Positions 43,254 to 54,925 of a stretch of 64,000 nucleotides of DNA are shown here, in pieces (position 1 is the first letter of the stretch; each line of letters starts with the position of its first letter). The DNA is taken from assembly GCA_001244265.2 (NCBI GenBank), contig CDLV01000006.1, forward strand, positions 186,001 to 250,000. Reading direction: 5' to 3'. The position numbers and the translations under genes were made by a program. This DNA is from Microbotryum violaceum. Lineage: Eukaryota. The notes below the pieces were generated by a model, which saw only the letters and a list, made by a program, of their open reading frames with translations, was not told where the DNA came from and ran no database searches.

Positions 43254-44426
43254 TCACTTGAAAAGCCTCGAGAAGGCATTCGAAACCAAGCCAGTGACCA
43301 TCGACCCTCCCAGCCCACCGACGGATCCCAATAGGCCCGACATGCCGACTCCGGTAGCCCATCGGCGTTTTGCGTCTCGGTCCTAAATGTCGAAGGTGAG
43401 AATGTGAGGTCAGTGAGCGGTAGGTGGGTCGAAGGGGAACATAGCCACAAAGCTTACAGCTGCGAGAGGGTTTCAGGGGTACGCGATCTCAGTGGTTAGT
43501 GGATGCTGTCCATTTGAATAGATGGAAGCTAGGTAGCTGATTCACCGTATGTATACCCTACGGCATTGGTGAGGTTGAAGACCAAGGCCAGCGCGACGAT
43601 GGGCAAGAAGGAGAGGTTGAATTTGAGCAGTCCGACAAAGAAGAGCGCGATCCAGATGACGGGAAACTGCTCGTGAGGTTAATGGTCGTCAGTGAGCTTG
43701 CCTGTCGAGGTTTGTACCGGTTCCACCCCGTTCCTCTCGAGCCCTTAAAGTTGGCTTACGGTGTAGAGCGCGATCCAGAACATTTTCGCGTCAATGACGT
43801 TGGCGACTTGGTCGGGCTGCGGGATTCGTACATTGGAGTCAGCCACGAGACGAGATTTCCGACTGTCGACCCCTCTATGGAGAGTACTCACACTACGGCT
43901 CTCAAAGACCCAAAAGGCGGTGCCGTCCTCGTCGACCTGGCTCCAGAAGCGCAGCCCGACCAATCGCCGTCCCGAGACGTTCCTGACGGTCCAAAAGTCG
44001 AGCGAGAGCAGTACGACGACGAGGACGGTCTAGAAGGGGGACCATGAATAATGATGCGTTCAAGCGCGGCTGGACATGGATGTGGCGGCGGCGGCGGGAC
44101 GGGGGACTGACCGAGAACACGTAGGAGCTACTGACGAAGCCACAGAAGAGGTAGGTCGCGACCGCGGCGGACCGGAACAAGTACAAAAACACGAGTGCGC
44201 CCGGATGAGCGGACTGGGACAGCATCGAGGCCGCGCCGGTGTTGTTGTTGTTGGAGTCGTTGAGCGGCGCGGCGGCCTGGGACGAGCTGATGGAGGTGAG
44301 CACCGGTGGGGCAGCCGGCGTGGCATTCGTGTTCGAGTGGGGCGTCAAGCTCGAGTTCGTTGCCGTGTTCATCGAATCGTACAGTGGTTCTTGGTCCGAA
44401 GCTATCCGACCCGAGAGGCTGGCCAT
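43254..44426 (-). CDS. TVP23: Golgi membrane protein Tvp23
   Basis: [56 protein letters not shown]. Confidence 0.9.
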
Positions 44427-44542
44427 ACTGCGTAGTGTCGTGTGTGCGTGGGCTGTGTGGGACTTTGTCAGGGGCTCAGACGGCTCAGAGAGGGCTGGGC
44501 GACGCAAGCGGTTTGACAGGGTTTGACCGTGTTCGAGCCGAG

Positions 44543-45095
44543 TTTATTTATTTATTTGATAGACTTCATTAACATAATTATATTGATACCTAGAAATCTT
44601 CGGAAAAGTCGGAGGGAATGCTGTTACGCACACTGGCAGAAGCCAGTAGTGTAAGACTCATTGACCCTGAACCAGGATCAACCATACCCACTAAAACCCC
44701 CTTTGGTGTCTTACAGAGACACTAGGCGACCCTTGGACTCCTGGATAGAGGCTCGAAGCCCTTCGAACTCCGTTTCGGTGATCGGTTCCAAAAGATCCGA
44801 CGAGAATCGACGACGGCGACACAGCTTCCAGATCGAGTGAAAGAAGAGGACTCGTAGTTCGACAAGTCGACGTTCCGAGCGAGACACGACCGGGCATACA
44901 AAGTCCACAAAGACTGGGTGGGGGGTCGGGGACAGAGCAGACCAGAGGCGCCGGGCAAATGGGCAGCCGACCGCGAGGTGAACCAGGCACTCGGGTGCTT
45001 CCGAGAGGCACATCACACAGGAGGTAGATCGATTGTTGGGATGTGGGCTGGTTGGGGAGGCGACTTGGCTTCCCGGATGGAGGGTGTCGAATTAG
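44543..45095 (-). mobile_element. 3' fragment of an L1/Tx1-like LINE (zf-RVT, 3' UTR and (TAAA)n tail)
   Basis: ORF 44711..45016: CVMC..ECLVHLAVGCPFARRLW...HSIWKLCRRRRF. Minus-strand AAATAAATAAATAAA tail at ~44543-44557. Confidence 0.7.
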
Positions 45096-46273
45096 TTATA
45101 CTAGTCGCGAATGGATTAGTTGATGCTGAATTGATTAACGCGCCCCCGGAGGGGGCGACGGGTCCCTGAACCTCTGACGGAGTAACACCGACTGGCAGCG
45201 TCAGCTAGTTTTACTAAGAACGTGCCATGGATCGGGTATGCAGCACCGAGTTCCCGAGTCAGTTCGGTTCACATGAATGAGGCGCGTAAATGGGCCAAAC
45301 GTTAATGAACATTGCAGACAACGAGATCGAGCCAGAGTCGGGGTGTAAATGCATGGTGTGAGTGCATAAGTTAAGATCACTCGACATCGCCCATCATGTC
45401 ACAGTCCGCGTCTGGACGAGTTTGTGTTCGCATGTGGTCGTCAGCGCCGGGGACCCACATCGCGTGTTCACCGAAGTCAGGTATAAGAAGTGGTATCAGT
45501 TGACGTTGAGAGATCGGAACTTCCGGGAGCGACTTGGGCGCGATACGGCCTGGCTAGGCGCGGTGAATTTGTCCACCGCTGAGAGACATGGGAGTCAAAT
45601 GGCATGAAGTGTCAGTATTCCTCCACAGATCTTTCACAGTGGGAAAAGCGTTTCAACCCACGATTAGATGCGGTTTTGTCGTTAGCCTAAACGGTATCTG
45701 CTTGGTCGAGAAACTTGTCCTTGATGCGCCCAAGGCTGTGAGATACCTCGTCATCGCAACGGTGAGTGTAAATCTGCCGGGTTGACGGTGACGAAGAGGG
45801 TGTACATACCGAACGCGTTGACGTATCCGCGGATCTCATTCCTCATGCCGAGCATCTGCGCAGTTGTGCCGAGAATTTTGTCTCCGGCACTTTGCAGTTC
45901 CGCCAGAATACGGTTGATATGCTTCTCTGCTTCTGTTGCTGCCTTGTACCTGTTCGTGTCCTTGGATTTTTTGATCATTTCGGACACAACATCCATGTCG
46001 ATTTCGAGTAGGGCTGCTGCGATTCGAGCCACCTTCTCTTTGGGAACCCGAAAAGCGAGTTGGCGAAAGACTTCTCGTCGGCGGAGCATGTTCGAGACGA
46101 TGAATGGGCAAGACGGGTCGCATCGAAATCGCTGTCGTATAGATCGCCATCAAAGTAGACGGCAGAGTGCGCCGAATTCTTGCTATCGTTGATCAACCAC
46201 CTGAGCATCTTTTGGATCCGACTCTGCTTCACGATCATGGCCCATGGGTCGACCCTTGTCCAGCTCCGCAAGG

Positions 46274-46501
46274 TGTAAGGCCCGTGCGCCTGGGCCTTAG
46301 AAGGAGGGGGGGGGCGCGCCTGGGCACTCTTAGTCTCTCCTCAGCGACTAACGTAGTGTGTCCAGGTGAGCCCAACTTGTGGATCAGGAGGCATTGTTGT
46401 AGCAGCGACTAACGTAGAGTGTCCAGTGTCAGTCCTACATACTTTGGTCCTGTGATCTTATCGTTGTCGCTCCGGTGTGCACTCCTACGGGGTGTATTAC
46501 A
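46274..46501. mobile_element. 228-bp solo LTR inserted in the Helitron
   Basis: TGTAA...TTACA ends and a perfect TSD CAAGG at 46269-46273 and 46502-46506. Internal 23-bp near-duplicate AGCGACTAACGTAG[T/A]GTGTCCAG. Confidence 0.85.
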
Positions 46502-47885
46502 CAAGGTTGGAGCTCCCTTCGCAGAATAAAACGCAAACACTGTCAGCGAGTTCCTCGACTGACATGGGCAGTACATCGGTGAACGAAGCGGTGTTCTGGC
46601 TGAAGATGAGGGTGTTTTCGCGCGTAGGTTCCTTTTGAGCTTTGAGATTTCCGAAACGAGTTAGCTTGTACACGATCTCGTAGGCTCTGGCGCGCGCAGT
46701 GATGAGGTGCTCAAGCTGATTCGCGTTGGAGAAGCAATCTCGGACATCAGCGGAGGCGTGATCCCTGAGTGCGGGATAAAATCCGTTGCTCAACGACCGA
46801 GGGGGCTTAGTCCGTTTGAAGCAGTCTGGACAGAGTGAGCCCTGAAGCGTGTTGTTCGTCGGCGAGTACGCGATCTGATCGATTAAAGAGTCGCTCGGTC
46901 GATGGAGACGTCGGGGATGGATGAGCGCGCCCCGTCAAGCTGAAAAATTGTAAGTCGAAGGTCCGTCAGTAGTGTAGAGTTGGTTAATCTCCAAATCCTT
47001 GATCCCTCACCCTTGATGTCGTCTTCAGGCACCGATCGTACGTTATGCCCGAAGACTCTCTCGGAACACACCAGGCAGCAGAAGAGACGGGAACGAGCGT
47101 CGGTGAAGTAATCATTCCATTCAGAACGGTTCTCGGTCTTGAACTGATCGGATGCTGGCGCAAAATGCGATGTCACTTTACCGGGATCTTCTTGTGCGGG
47201 TTCGGGATGCAGCGGTGGACGTCTGTGCAGCGTTTGTTCAGAGTCAGTCGCTGAGACGTTCTCGCGATTCGTCTGGACTTCCTCGTTCAGTCAGGCTCGA
47301 AGCACGTCAACAGGTTTTGATGCGTAAGCTCTATGGTCGGAGAAGCAATGACGACGTAGCCGAGTCACGGGACTCGCCGCTTGTTGCCTTCTGAAAACAT
47401 ACCCATTTGAACAAGCATTACGGTGGGGATCGCACGACCAAAGGAGCGCTTGCAGGGATAGCTCTTTCGCAAGCGGATTCCTCCTGGAGTATCCTTCCAC
47501 GTGGTGCGCCCGGCGAAAAAGCTCCTTCAGAAGATCCATGCTGAAGTTGATACTGCTGCACACGAGTTGCTCAAGACTGCATTTGACAATCACATCATCG
47601 AGTGCTGACACTGGACTGTTGCGTAAGAGCGGACCGGAGTAGATATACTGCGCTTGATCGGTGCGGCGGGAGGATCGGCTGTCGCTAGTGGTGGACGCGA
47701 GGCTTAACACGTTGCCGAAATTCGAGCGTTGTGCACTGCAGTGGGCTGACCTCGATGGTGCGGAGGTGTACAAGATCAGAAAGCGGTGACATGACGGCGG
47801 TTGTGTGATAGCTTGTCTTAGAGATGCGAGGAAACTCGGTCCAAGTTAGAACAATGCAGTACATAATGATCGGCGCGCTTAGCCG

Positions 47886-48017
47886 GGGTCCTCCTATCCG
47901 GGGGAGCATTCTTCAAACCGATCGGCGCTGAAATTGGGCTCCCCTATTGCGCTCTTAGGCAGGGTCCTCCTATCCGGGGTAGCATTGTTCGCACCAATCG
48001 GCGCTGAAATCGGGCTC
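47886..48017. repeat. Imperfect ~76-bp-period tandem duplication upstream of the Helitron ORF
   Basis: GGGTCCTCCTATCCGGGG at ~47886 and ~47962; ATCGGCGCTGAAAT[T/C]GGGCTC at ~47921 and ~47997. Confidence 0.75.
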
Positions 48018-48350
48018 TCGTATGGGACTTCAACAGCCGCGCGCGTGCGGGGTATTTCGGCCATTTCGTCCAATAAAAATCTCAGAATAGCATCATTTTC
48101 GAGGCTGGGACCCCCCCCCCCCCTTTTTCGAAACGAAAACTTCAGCTCTAACGAGCTTCAGGGATTATAATCGTGACGCGTGTGGCTCTCGTGACTTGCA
48201 CGCGACCACACAAGCGCGCCAGCCGCCGGGCCGCTAGTGGGCCACTCGCCGCAACTCGCCGCCGTCCCGCTCCGCAGCGAGTCGAGTCGATCGCTCATCC
48301 TTCCGTTCTCTCGGCTCTGCACCCCAACACCGCACTCACTCTCCCACATA

Positions 48351-50894
48351 ATGGAAAGCCCCACGCAGGACGATGTAGTAGCAGCAACAGCAACAACAAC
48401 ACCAGCCCACGACAGGCCTGTGCGCAAGAAGCCCATATCCCGGCACACGCTCCCAGAACCATCGGGCATCTTTGCCATGCCCCCGCCGCGGCCACAGTAC
48501 TACACCGACCAAGGTCTGCGCAAGGTCCGACCGTATTGGTACGCCTTCAATGCTTACGCCAAGCAGCGCTGGCAGAACAGGTCCTTGATCGATGTGTGAG
48601 TCCCTCAAGAGCTGAGACGGCTGAGCCAGCTGCCCAGCAGACTTCTGTTACCATGAGCTCCGCGGGACGAGCGGCTAACTGATCGAGACGCTCCCTTACT
48701 TTCAACAGCTACAGTGAATTCAGGTTGGCACTTCCCCCCCCCGCAGAAGAGACACTCTTTGTCCTGACCTCCCGTTACAATACACCTACTGACCGTCGCG
48801 ACCTAGGTGATTGGATCAGAGACCGCAGTCACGAGTACTATGTTCGTCCATTGATGAAAGATTTACCCTATCGCATAGTGATCTCACTGCCTACCGCTTC
48901 CCCACCCATAGATCTGGTCCATAGAAACGGGTCAGTCTCGAATTGAAATCAGAAGAATTTGACCCAGAAGGAACTCACACCCAAGACTACTCTCATTTCA
49001 GGTGCCATCATCGTCAACAACGAACGGACGACCCCCGAATATATTCTCAAGAACGGGGACATGATATCCAACGTCGTCCATCGGTCCGTTCTAGTGTTAA
49101 CCCCCTGCTGTCGGGGCTCAGATCACTCATCTCACCTTGCGGCCTCCCACCACACAGACACGAACCTCCCGTTGTCGCAGGGCCCATACGAATCATCTAC
49201 GACGGTCGTTTACCAGGCAATGACGGAGAAACGTTGGTTGTTGAGAAGCCCGGGTCCATGCCTGTTAGTGGCTCCTTCCATCATTAAACCTTCCATGCCC
49301 GTTCAAACTGACCCGTCAATGGCATCCTCTTTGCGAATCTGCAGGTTCATTCGACAGGGAGGTACCACTTCAACACCCTCTTATCGATCCTCAAACATGA
49401 TTGCGACCTACCTCTCGTGCATAGCAAGTCCATGTTTTCATTGAATGCGTCCTCCTCGATCGTCGAATCTGTGGCCCTGACTTGTTCCTCGCTACCCGTG
49501 CGCAGCCTCAAATCGATTGGATCGGCTGACCTCGGGCGTCATGATATGTGCACTGACTGTCGAGGCATCCAAGAAACTTGGAGCATGGTTTGGTGGCCAA
49601 CGACGTGATGGGGGTACGGTGCATAAGGAATATGTCGCTCGATGTGTGGGCAAGTTTCCAGAGTACGTCCATCATTAGGGGAGCCGCTCTTGAACCGGCG
49701 ACCAGCAGCTCAAGATCGCTGTTTGTTGGCCACCAGGGAGGAAGTGACATGTGAAGAGCCCCTGATGACGATCGATCGTCAGATCGGGATCAACGTCGTT
49801 CACCCTGAAGGTCGAGTACGCCGCTTCTTCCCCCCTCTGCGTCGTCATGCAGATCTAACATCCAAGTCTCTCGCGAGCAGTCCGCCAAGACCATCTTCAC
49901 GCGCCTCAGCTACGACGCAAAGAGCAACACCTCGGCCGTACATTGCCGTCCCATCACAGGACGGTCGCACCAAATTCGCGTTCATTTGCAATTCCTCGGA
50001 TTCCCCATCGCGAATGATCCCATCTATCGAAACTCGGCAGCGTGGGGAACGAATGGCGGAAAAGGTGGCGTGTTTCCCTTGTCGACTGAACAGCGTGAGC
50101 AGTACGTCAAGGGCGGTTCGTTTGGAGGGGAGGAACGAGGTGGAGGTAATGTGGATCGACAAGAGAGGAGGGACAGAGGGGACAAGCTAATGGGGAGCGC
50201 GCAACAAAAGAGCTTAGACCTTTCCTCGATAGCGGCCGCGATGAGTTTGGACGACCATAGCCGGCCACACACCAATGCTACAGGCGACGAGAGATCGAAG
50301 GAGGAAGAGAAGGCCAAGACAGAAAACGAGCCAAACAAGGCCCAGAAGGATCTCGATGACGAAGGGATCGACCTCGATCGCAAAGCGCATGATCCGAGCA
50401 TCACCCCCGCAGCACGGACGGCGATCCTAGCCCTGCGGGACGTCAAGGATGAAGCGGACGGGTGGGCTCGTTCGAGAGATCTGCGCGGTCTCGAATTGGC
50501 TCGTTTGGGTGCCGAGGATCATGGGTGTGTTGGGAATGCCGAGAGGGCCATGTTGGACGTTGCACACTCGAAGGCCGAGGCTGAGGAGGGCGAGGGACAG
50601 TTCACGGATGACGTTGAAGCTACGTCGAAGTGGGTCGAGAAGGATCCGGCGTTCTGCCGTGACTGCTTCACGCCTTTGGTTCCGGACCCTCGACCCGAGC
50701 AACTGTTCATTTGGTTGCATGCGCTACGATGTGAGTGTGCGCTACCCAAGCTATGCGGGGTCCGAAGCGAGCAAACTGACCCTTTGACTGACTGGACTGT
50801 TGCAGATCGGACGACAGAATGGGATTACAGTTCCCCACTGCCGTACTGGGCCGAGGCAAATTATGACGTACCTCTCAATAGCATTCTGACGTGA
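48351..50894 (+). CDS. RluA-family tRNA pseudouridine synthase (Rib2/Pus8/Pus9-like)
   Basis: [42 protein letters not shown] (catalytic Asp), [25 protein letters not shown]-terminal CRDC..WLHALRY. Confidence 0.9.
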
Positions 50895-51295
50895 AACAGA
50901 ACGTAGCGTTGTGACGGTTACCACTCGTGGACCATCCTCACTGAGAGAGTCGCGCAGGTAGCACTGCTGAGAAGAGAACGGCGAGCATCATACGGGTGTG
51001 GCAGACGTTCTGGGTGGTATGATGACCATTGAGAATGCTACGAGCAAGCCAGAATGGACTGCCTCTTTATAACATAAACACCCGGCCGAGTAATTTCAGC
51101 CCGCTGACTCGAGTCGGGTGCGAACCATTGAACTACATTGAAGCGGTCGACGCGTCATATTCGCGATCGATCATATGCATCGTCGGTTTTGACATCACAT
51201 TTGCTGGCTCGCGCGATCGTCAGCGAGCCGGCTCAAGCTCCACCCTCGAGGCCTTCGTCCAGGTTCCAGCTCCAAAGGGGTGACCGTAGCCCAGC

Positions 51296-54200
51296 ATGAG
51301 GTTCTTCATGGATGACATGGAGTTCATCTTTCCTTACGACAAGATGTACCCTGGTCAGTCACCCCTCTCTGTGCCGTAGCAGGCGTGGGATCCTCCTGAG
51401 CTGTTCCACTGATCGCTGTTCGCTGTTCACTCCGTCCGTCTACACCTCGCATGCGTCTCTCCCTCGACTCGTACCAACTTAGAGCAATACGCCTACGTAC
51501 ATGATCTCAAACGCTCGCTCGACGCCGAAGGGCATTGTGTGCTCGAGATGCCCTCGGGAACGGGCAAGACCGTCTCGCTGCTCAGTCTGATTATCGCGTA
51601 CCAATACGTCAGTCTGTAGGCATGGGCTTGTTCGGGCCCACAGACTACCATCTCGACACATTCCTCTTGAAACTCTTCCGCTCTTGTTACAGCACGAACG
51701 CAAGATGGGTCGCCCCGAACGCAAGCTGATCTACTGCTCGCGAACGGTGCCCGAGATCGAGAAGGCTTTGGCCGAGTTGAAGAGGCTGATGAAGTACAGG
51801 TTCGTCCTCAGAAACTGTCTTTGGTCCCAACTATGATGTTCTCTCTCAACAGTTCTGAATGCGACTTTCCTCTCGTTCACAGGAAAGAAGCGTACGGGAT
51901 CGATGACGTCGACTTCCTCGGCATCGGTCTGTCCTCGCGCAAGAACCTGTGCATTCACCCCTCGGTCAAATCGGAGAAGAAGGGAAAGGCCGTCGATGCG
52001 AGGTGTCGTGACATGACCAATGGGGCTGCCAAGGCAAGGTGGGAAAAGGATCCCGAGAGCGTCGAGTTGTGCGATTTCCACGAGGTTCGTTTCCTTGCGC
52101 TTGGAGGAAGTGACAGCGATGAGGTCAGCCGTTGACCACGGATCTTGGTGACTACGACAGAAACTGGGCGAAATGGACCAGGATCGGTTAATACCCTTTG
52201 GGGTACATACGTTGGATGATGTCAAGGCGTATGGGATCAAGTATGGCATCTGTCCCTACTTTGCGATCAGACGAATGGTCAGTTGAGCTCTCTACAATTC
52301 CTTCTTCATTTGTTGCTTGTCTAATTAATCTACCTTTCGCTTAGTTTGTCCACGCGAGCGTCATAATCTACTCTTTCCACTACTTGTTGGACCCCAAAGT
52401 AGCCGAGCAGGTTTCCAAAGAGATGAGCAAAGATTCGATTGTCGTCTTTGACGAGGCACACAACATCGGTCAGTCGGATCGCTTTCCCGGTGGACAGTTT
52501 GTGCGTCAATGTTGAGTTCACCTTGGCCTTTCCTTTCTAGACAACGTTTGCATCGAATCCCTTTCCATCGATCTCACACGGCCGATCTTGGACAACGCGG
52601 CGAGATGTGTCGAGAGTCTGGACGTAAAAATCAAAGAGTAAGTTTGGATCACGGAAAGTTCCCGCCGCGGACGCTCTCTCATAGATCTAGAACCATATTG
52701 CAGGATGAAAGAAACGGACAAGGAAAAATTGGAAGAGGAGTATGCAAAATTGGTGGAAGGGTTGAGAGGGAATCTGGGAGAGGATGAGGAAGCCAACGGA
52801 GAAGCCGATGACTTCATGGCCAATCCCAGTAGGTGCCTTCCCTTCGCGCTCGCATTGCGTTCTCGTAGGCTGATACGGTCACTACCAGTCCTTCCGGCCG
52901 ACATCTTGCAGGAAGCGGTGCCAGGCAATATCCGTCGAGCGGAACACTTCACCGCCTTCCTTGCTCGTTTCGTGGAATATCTCAAAACCCGCACACGCGT
53001 ACTGCACGTCGTCGCCGAAACACCGGTATCCTTCCTTCAACATCTTAAGGATATCACCTTCATCGAGAAAAAGCCACTCAAGTTTTGCGCCGAGCGGTTG
53101 TCTTCGCTCGTTCGAACACTCGAGCTGACTCGCATCGACGAGTTCTCGCCTCTACAAAAAGTTGCAGCTTTCGCAACATTGGTCGCCACCTACGACAAAG
53201 GATTTCGGTTGATCCTCGAACCCTTTGAGACCGAGAATGCGACGGTGCCGAACCCTGTCCTCCATCTCGTCTGTTTGGACGCATCATTGGCGATTGCCCC
53301 CGTCTTCGAACGATTTTCGAGTGTGGTCATTACATCCGGAACCTTGTCGCCGCTCGACATGTACCCGAAAATGCTTGGATTCGAGGCTGCCGTGCTCGAA
53401 TCGTACGTCATGACTTTGTCACGAGACTGTTTCCTCCCCCTCGTTGTCACTCGAGGCGCCGATCAAACCGAGATCAGTTCGAGGTTTGAAGTGAGGAACG
53501 ACCCCGCTGTCGTGAGAAACTTTGGAACGCTTTTGGTCGAGATGGCCAAGGCTGTACCGGATGGTGTCGTGGCATTCTTTCCGAGTTATCTCTACATGGA
53601 GAGTATCGTCAGTGCTTGGATGGAGATGGTGAGTTGGCTGCATTCGGCGTTCAGCCTCAGCCCTCACTGTGTCGGCTAATGAGTCCTACCAATTCACCCG
53701 CAGGGCGTCCTCAACGAAGTGCTCAAACACAAGCTCATCTTCATCGAGACACCTGATGCACCCGAAACATCCGCTGCGTTGGACAACTTCCGACGGGCGT
53801 GTGATAATGGACGTGGGGCGGTGCTGCTCTCTGTCGCTCGAGGCAAAGTCTCGGAAGGGATCGATTTCGACCACAACTACGGCCGTGCTGTCATCATGTT
53901 TGGGATCCCATATCAGGTATGTCACAAGCCCTTGTGAGACGTGTTCAATTCATCATCAACGAAGTAGGATCTAATGAACGTCACCATTTTGTATGAACAG
54001 TACACCGAGTCGCGTATCCTCAAAGCCCGCCTCGAATACCTCCGTGACGCGTATCGGATCCGTGAGAATGACTTTTTGACATTCGATGCAATGCGTCACG
54101 CGGCTCAATGCGTTGGACGCGTCTTGCGCGGTAAATCGGACTACGGATTGATGGTCTTTGCTGACAAGGTGAGTCGAGCAAGTTAAGTACTTTATCAAGG

Positions 54201-54698
54201 GATGGCTTGCTGATCGCGGTCTTTGACCTCAGCGATTTGCCAAGCTCGACAAGGTTCGTCATTTCCATCGAGACCAGCCTAGTCGTTTCATCATTGCTGA
54301 CTCGTCAACTCTTTTGAGCCCTCACAGCGAGCCAAGTTGCCCAAGTGGATTGGACAGTACATCAAAGACAGTGACACGAACCTCTCGACCGATTTGGCGA
54401 TCGCACATTCGAAGAAATTCCTGCGAGCGATGGCGCAACCATTCGTCGAATCGAGTAAATCGGCTTGGGGGATTGATCAAGTGAGCTACAAACTTGAACG
54501 CGTTCCAATTTTCCGACTTCCCGCCCCTGGGCAACTCGTTTAATTTGGACCTTTGGCCCATTCTAGATCATGGAGAAACAAGCGGGCTTGGATCCGAATC
54601 GAGATCCTGACAATGACGAGCCCGAGGAAGAGGACGATGAAGCGGATGAATACGGCGATATGATCGATGATGAAGCTCTGATGGAGTTGGACGTCTGA
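51296..54698 (+). CDS. RAD3: TFIIH/NER DNA helicase XPD
   Basis: [93 protein letters not shown]. Confidence 0.96.
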
Positions 54699-54925
54699 TG
54701 GGTGGGGGCTTTGAGATCCCGGACCGGTGTCACGCTTGCAATATTGTTTGTTGTATTATCTATCTGATCTCAGATTTGCTTCAGATGGAATATTGTGATG
54801 CTGCTCTCAGCCTTGAGTTTCATACAAAATGGGAGCGCACAGACAACATCTACAGACAAAAGAGAGCCAAGTGACAAAAACCGGAAGGAGAGTGCGGCAA
54901 AGTCACACAGATGAGGTAGATTCCA

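Larger units (their letters stand above)
45101..48130 (-). mobile_element. Second internally deleted Helitron (different subfamily); 5' end approximate
   Basis: CLVC..CPDC, LEHLITARARA..VLPMSVEELADSVCVLF, VKQSRIQKMLRWL, FIVSNMLRRR and MRNEIRGYVNAFGMYTLFVTVNPADLHSP (Rep motif 1). Candidate 3' end: hairpin CGCCCCC-GGA-GGGGGCG (45141-45157), then minus-strand CTAG|T at 45104-45101. Confidence 0.8.

Noticed and set aside
44650..44715. TGTAAGAC...GTCTTACA as a mini solo LTR
   Set aside because: Only 66 bp, no TSD (AGTAG vs GAGAC), and it overlaps the LINE stop codon. At most a 3' UTR stem-loop.
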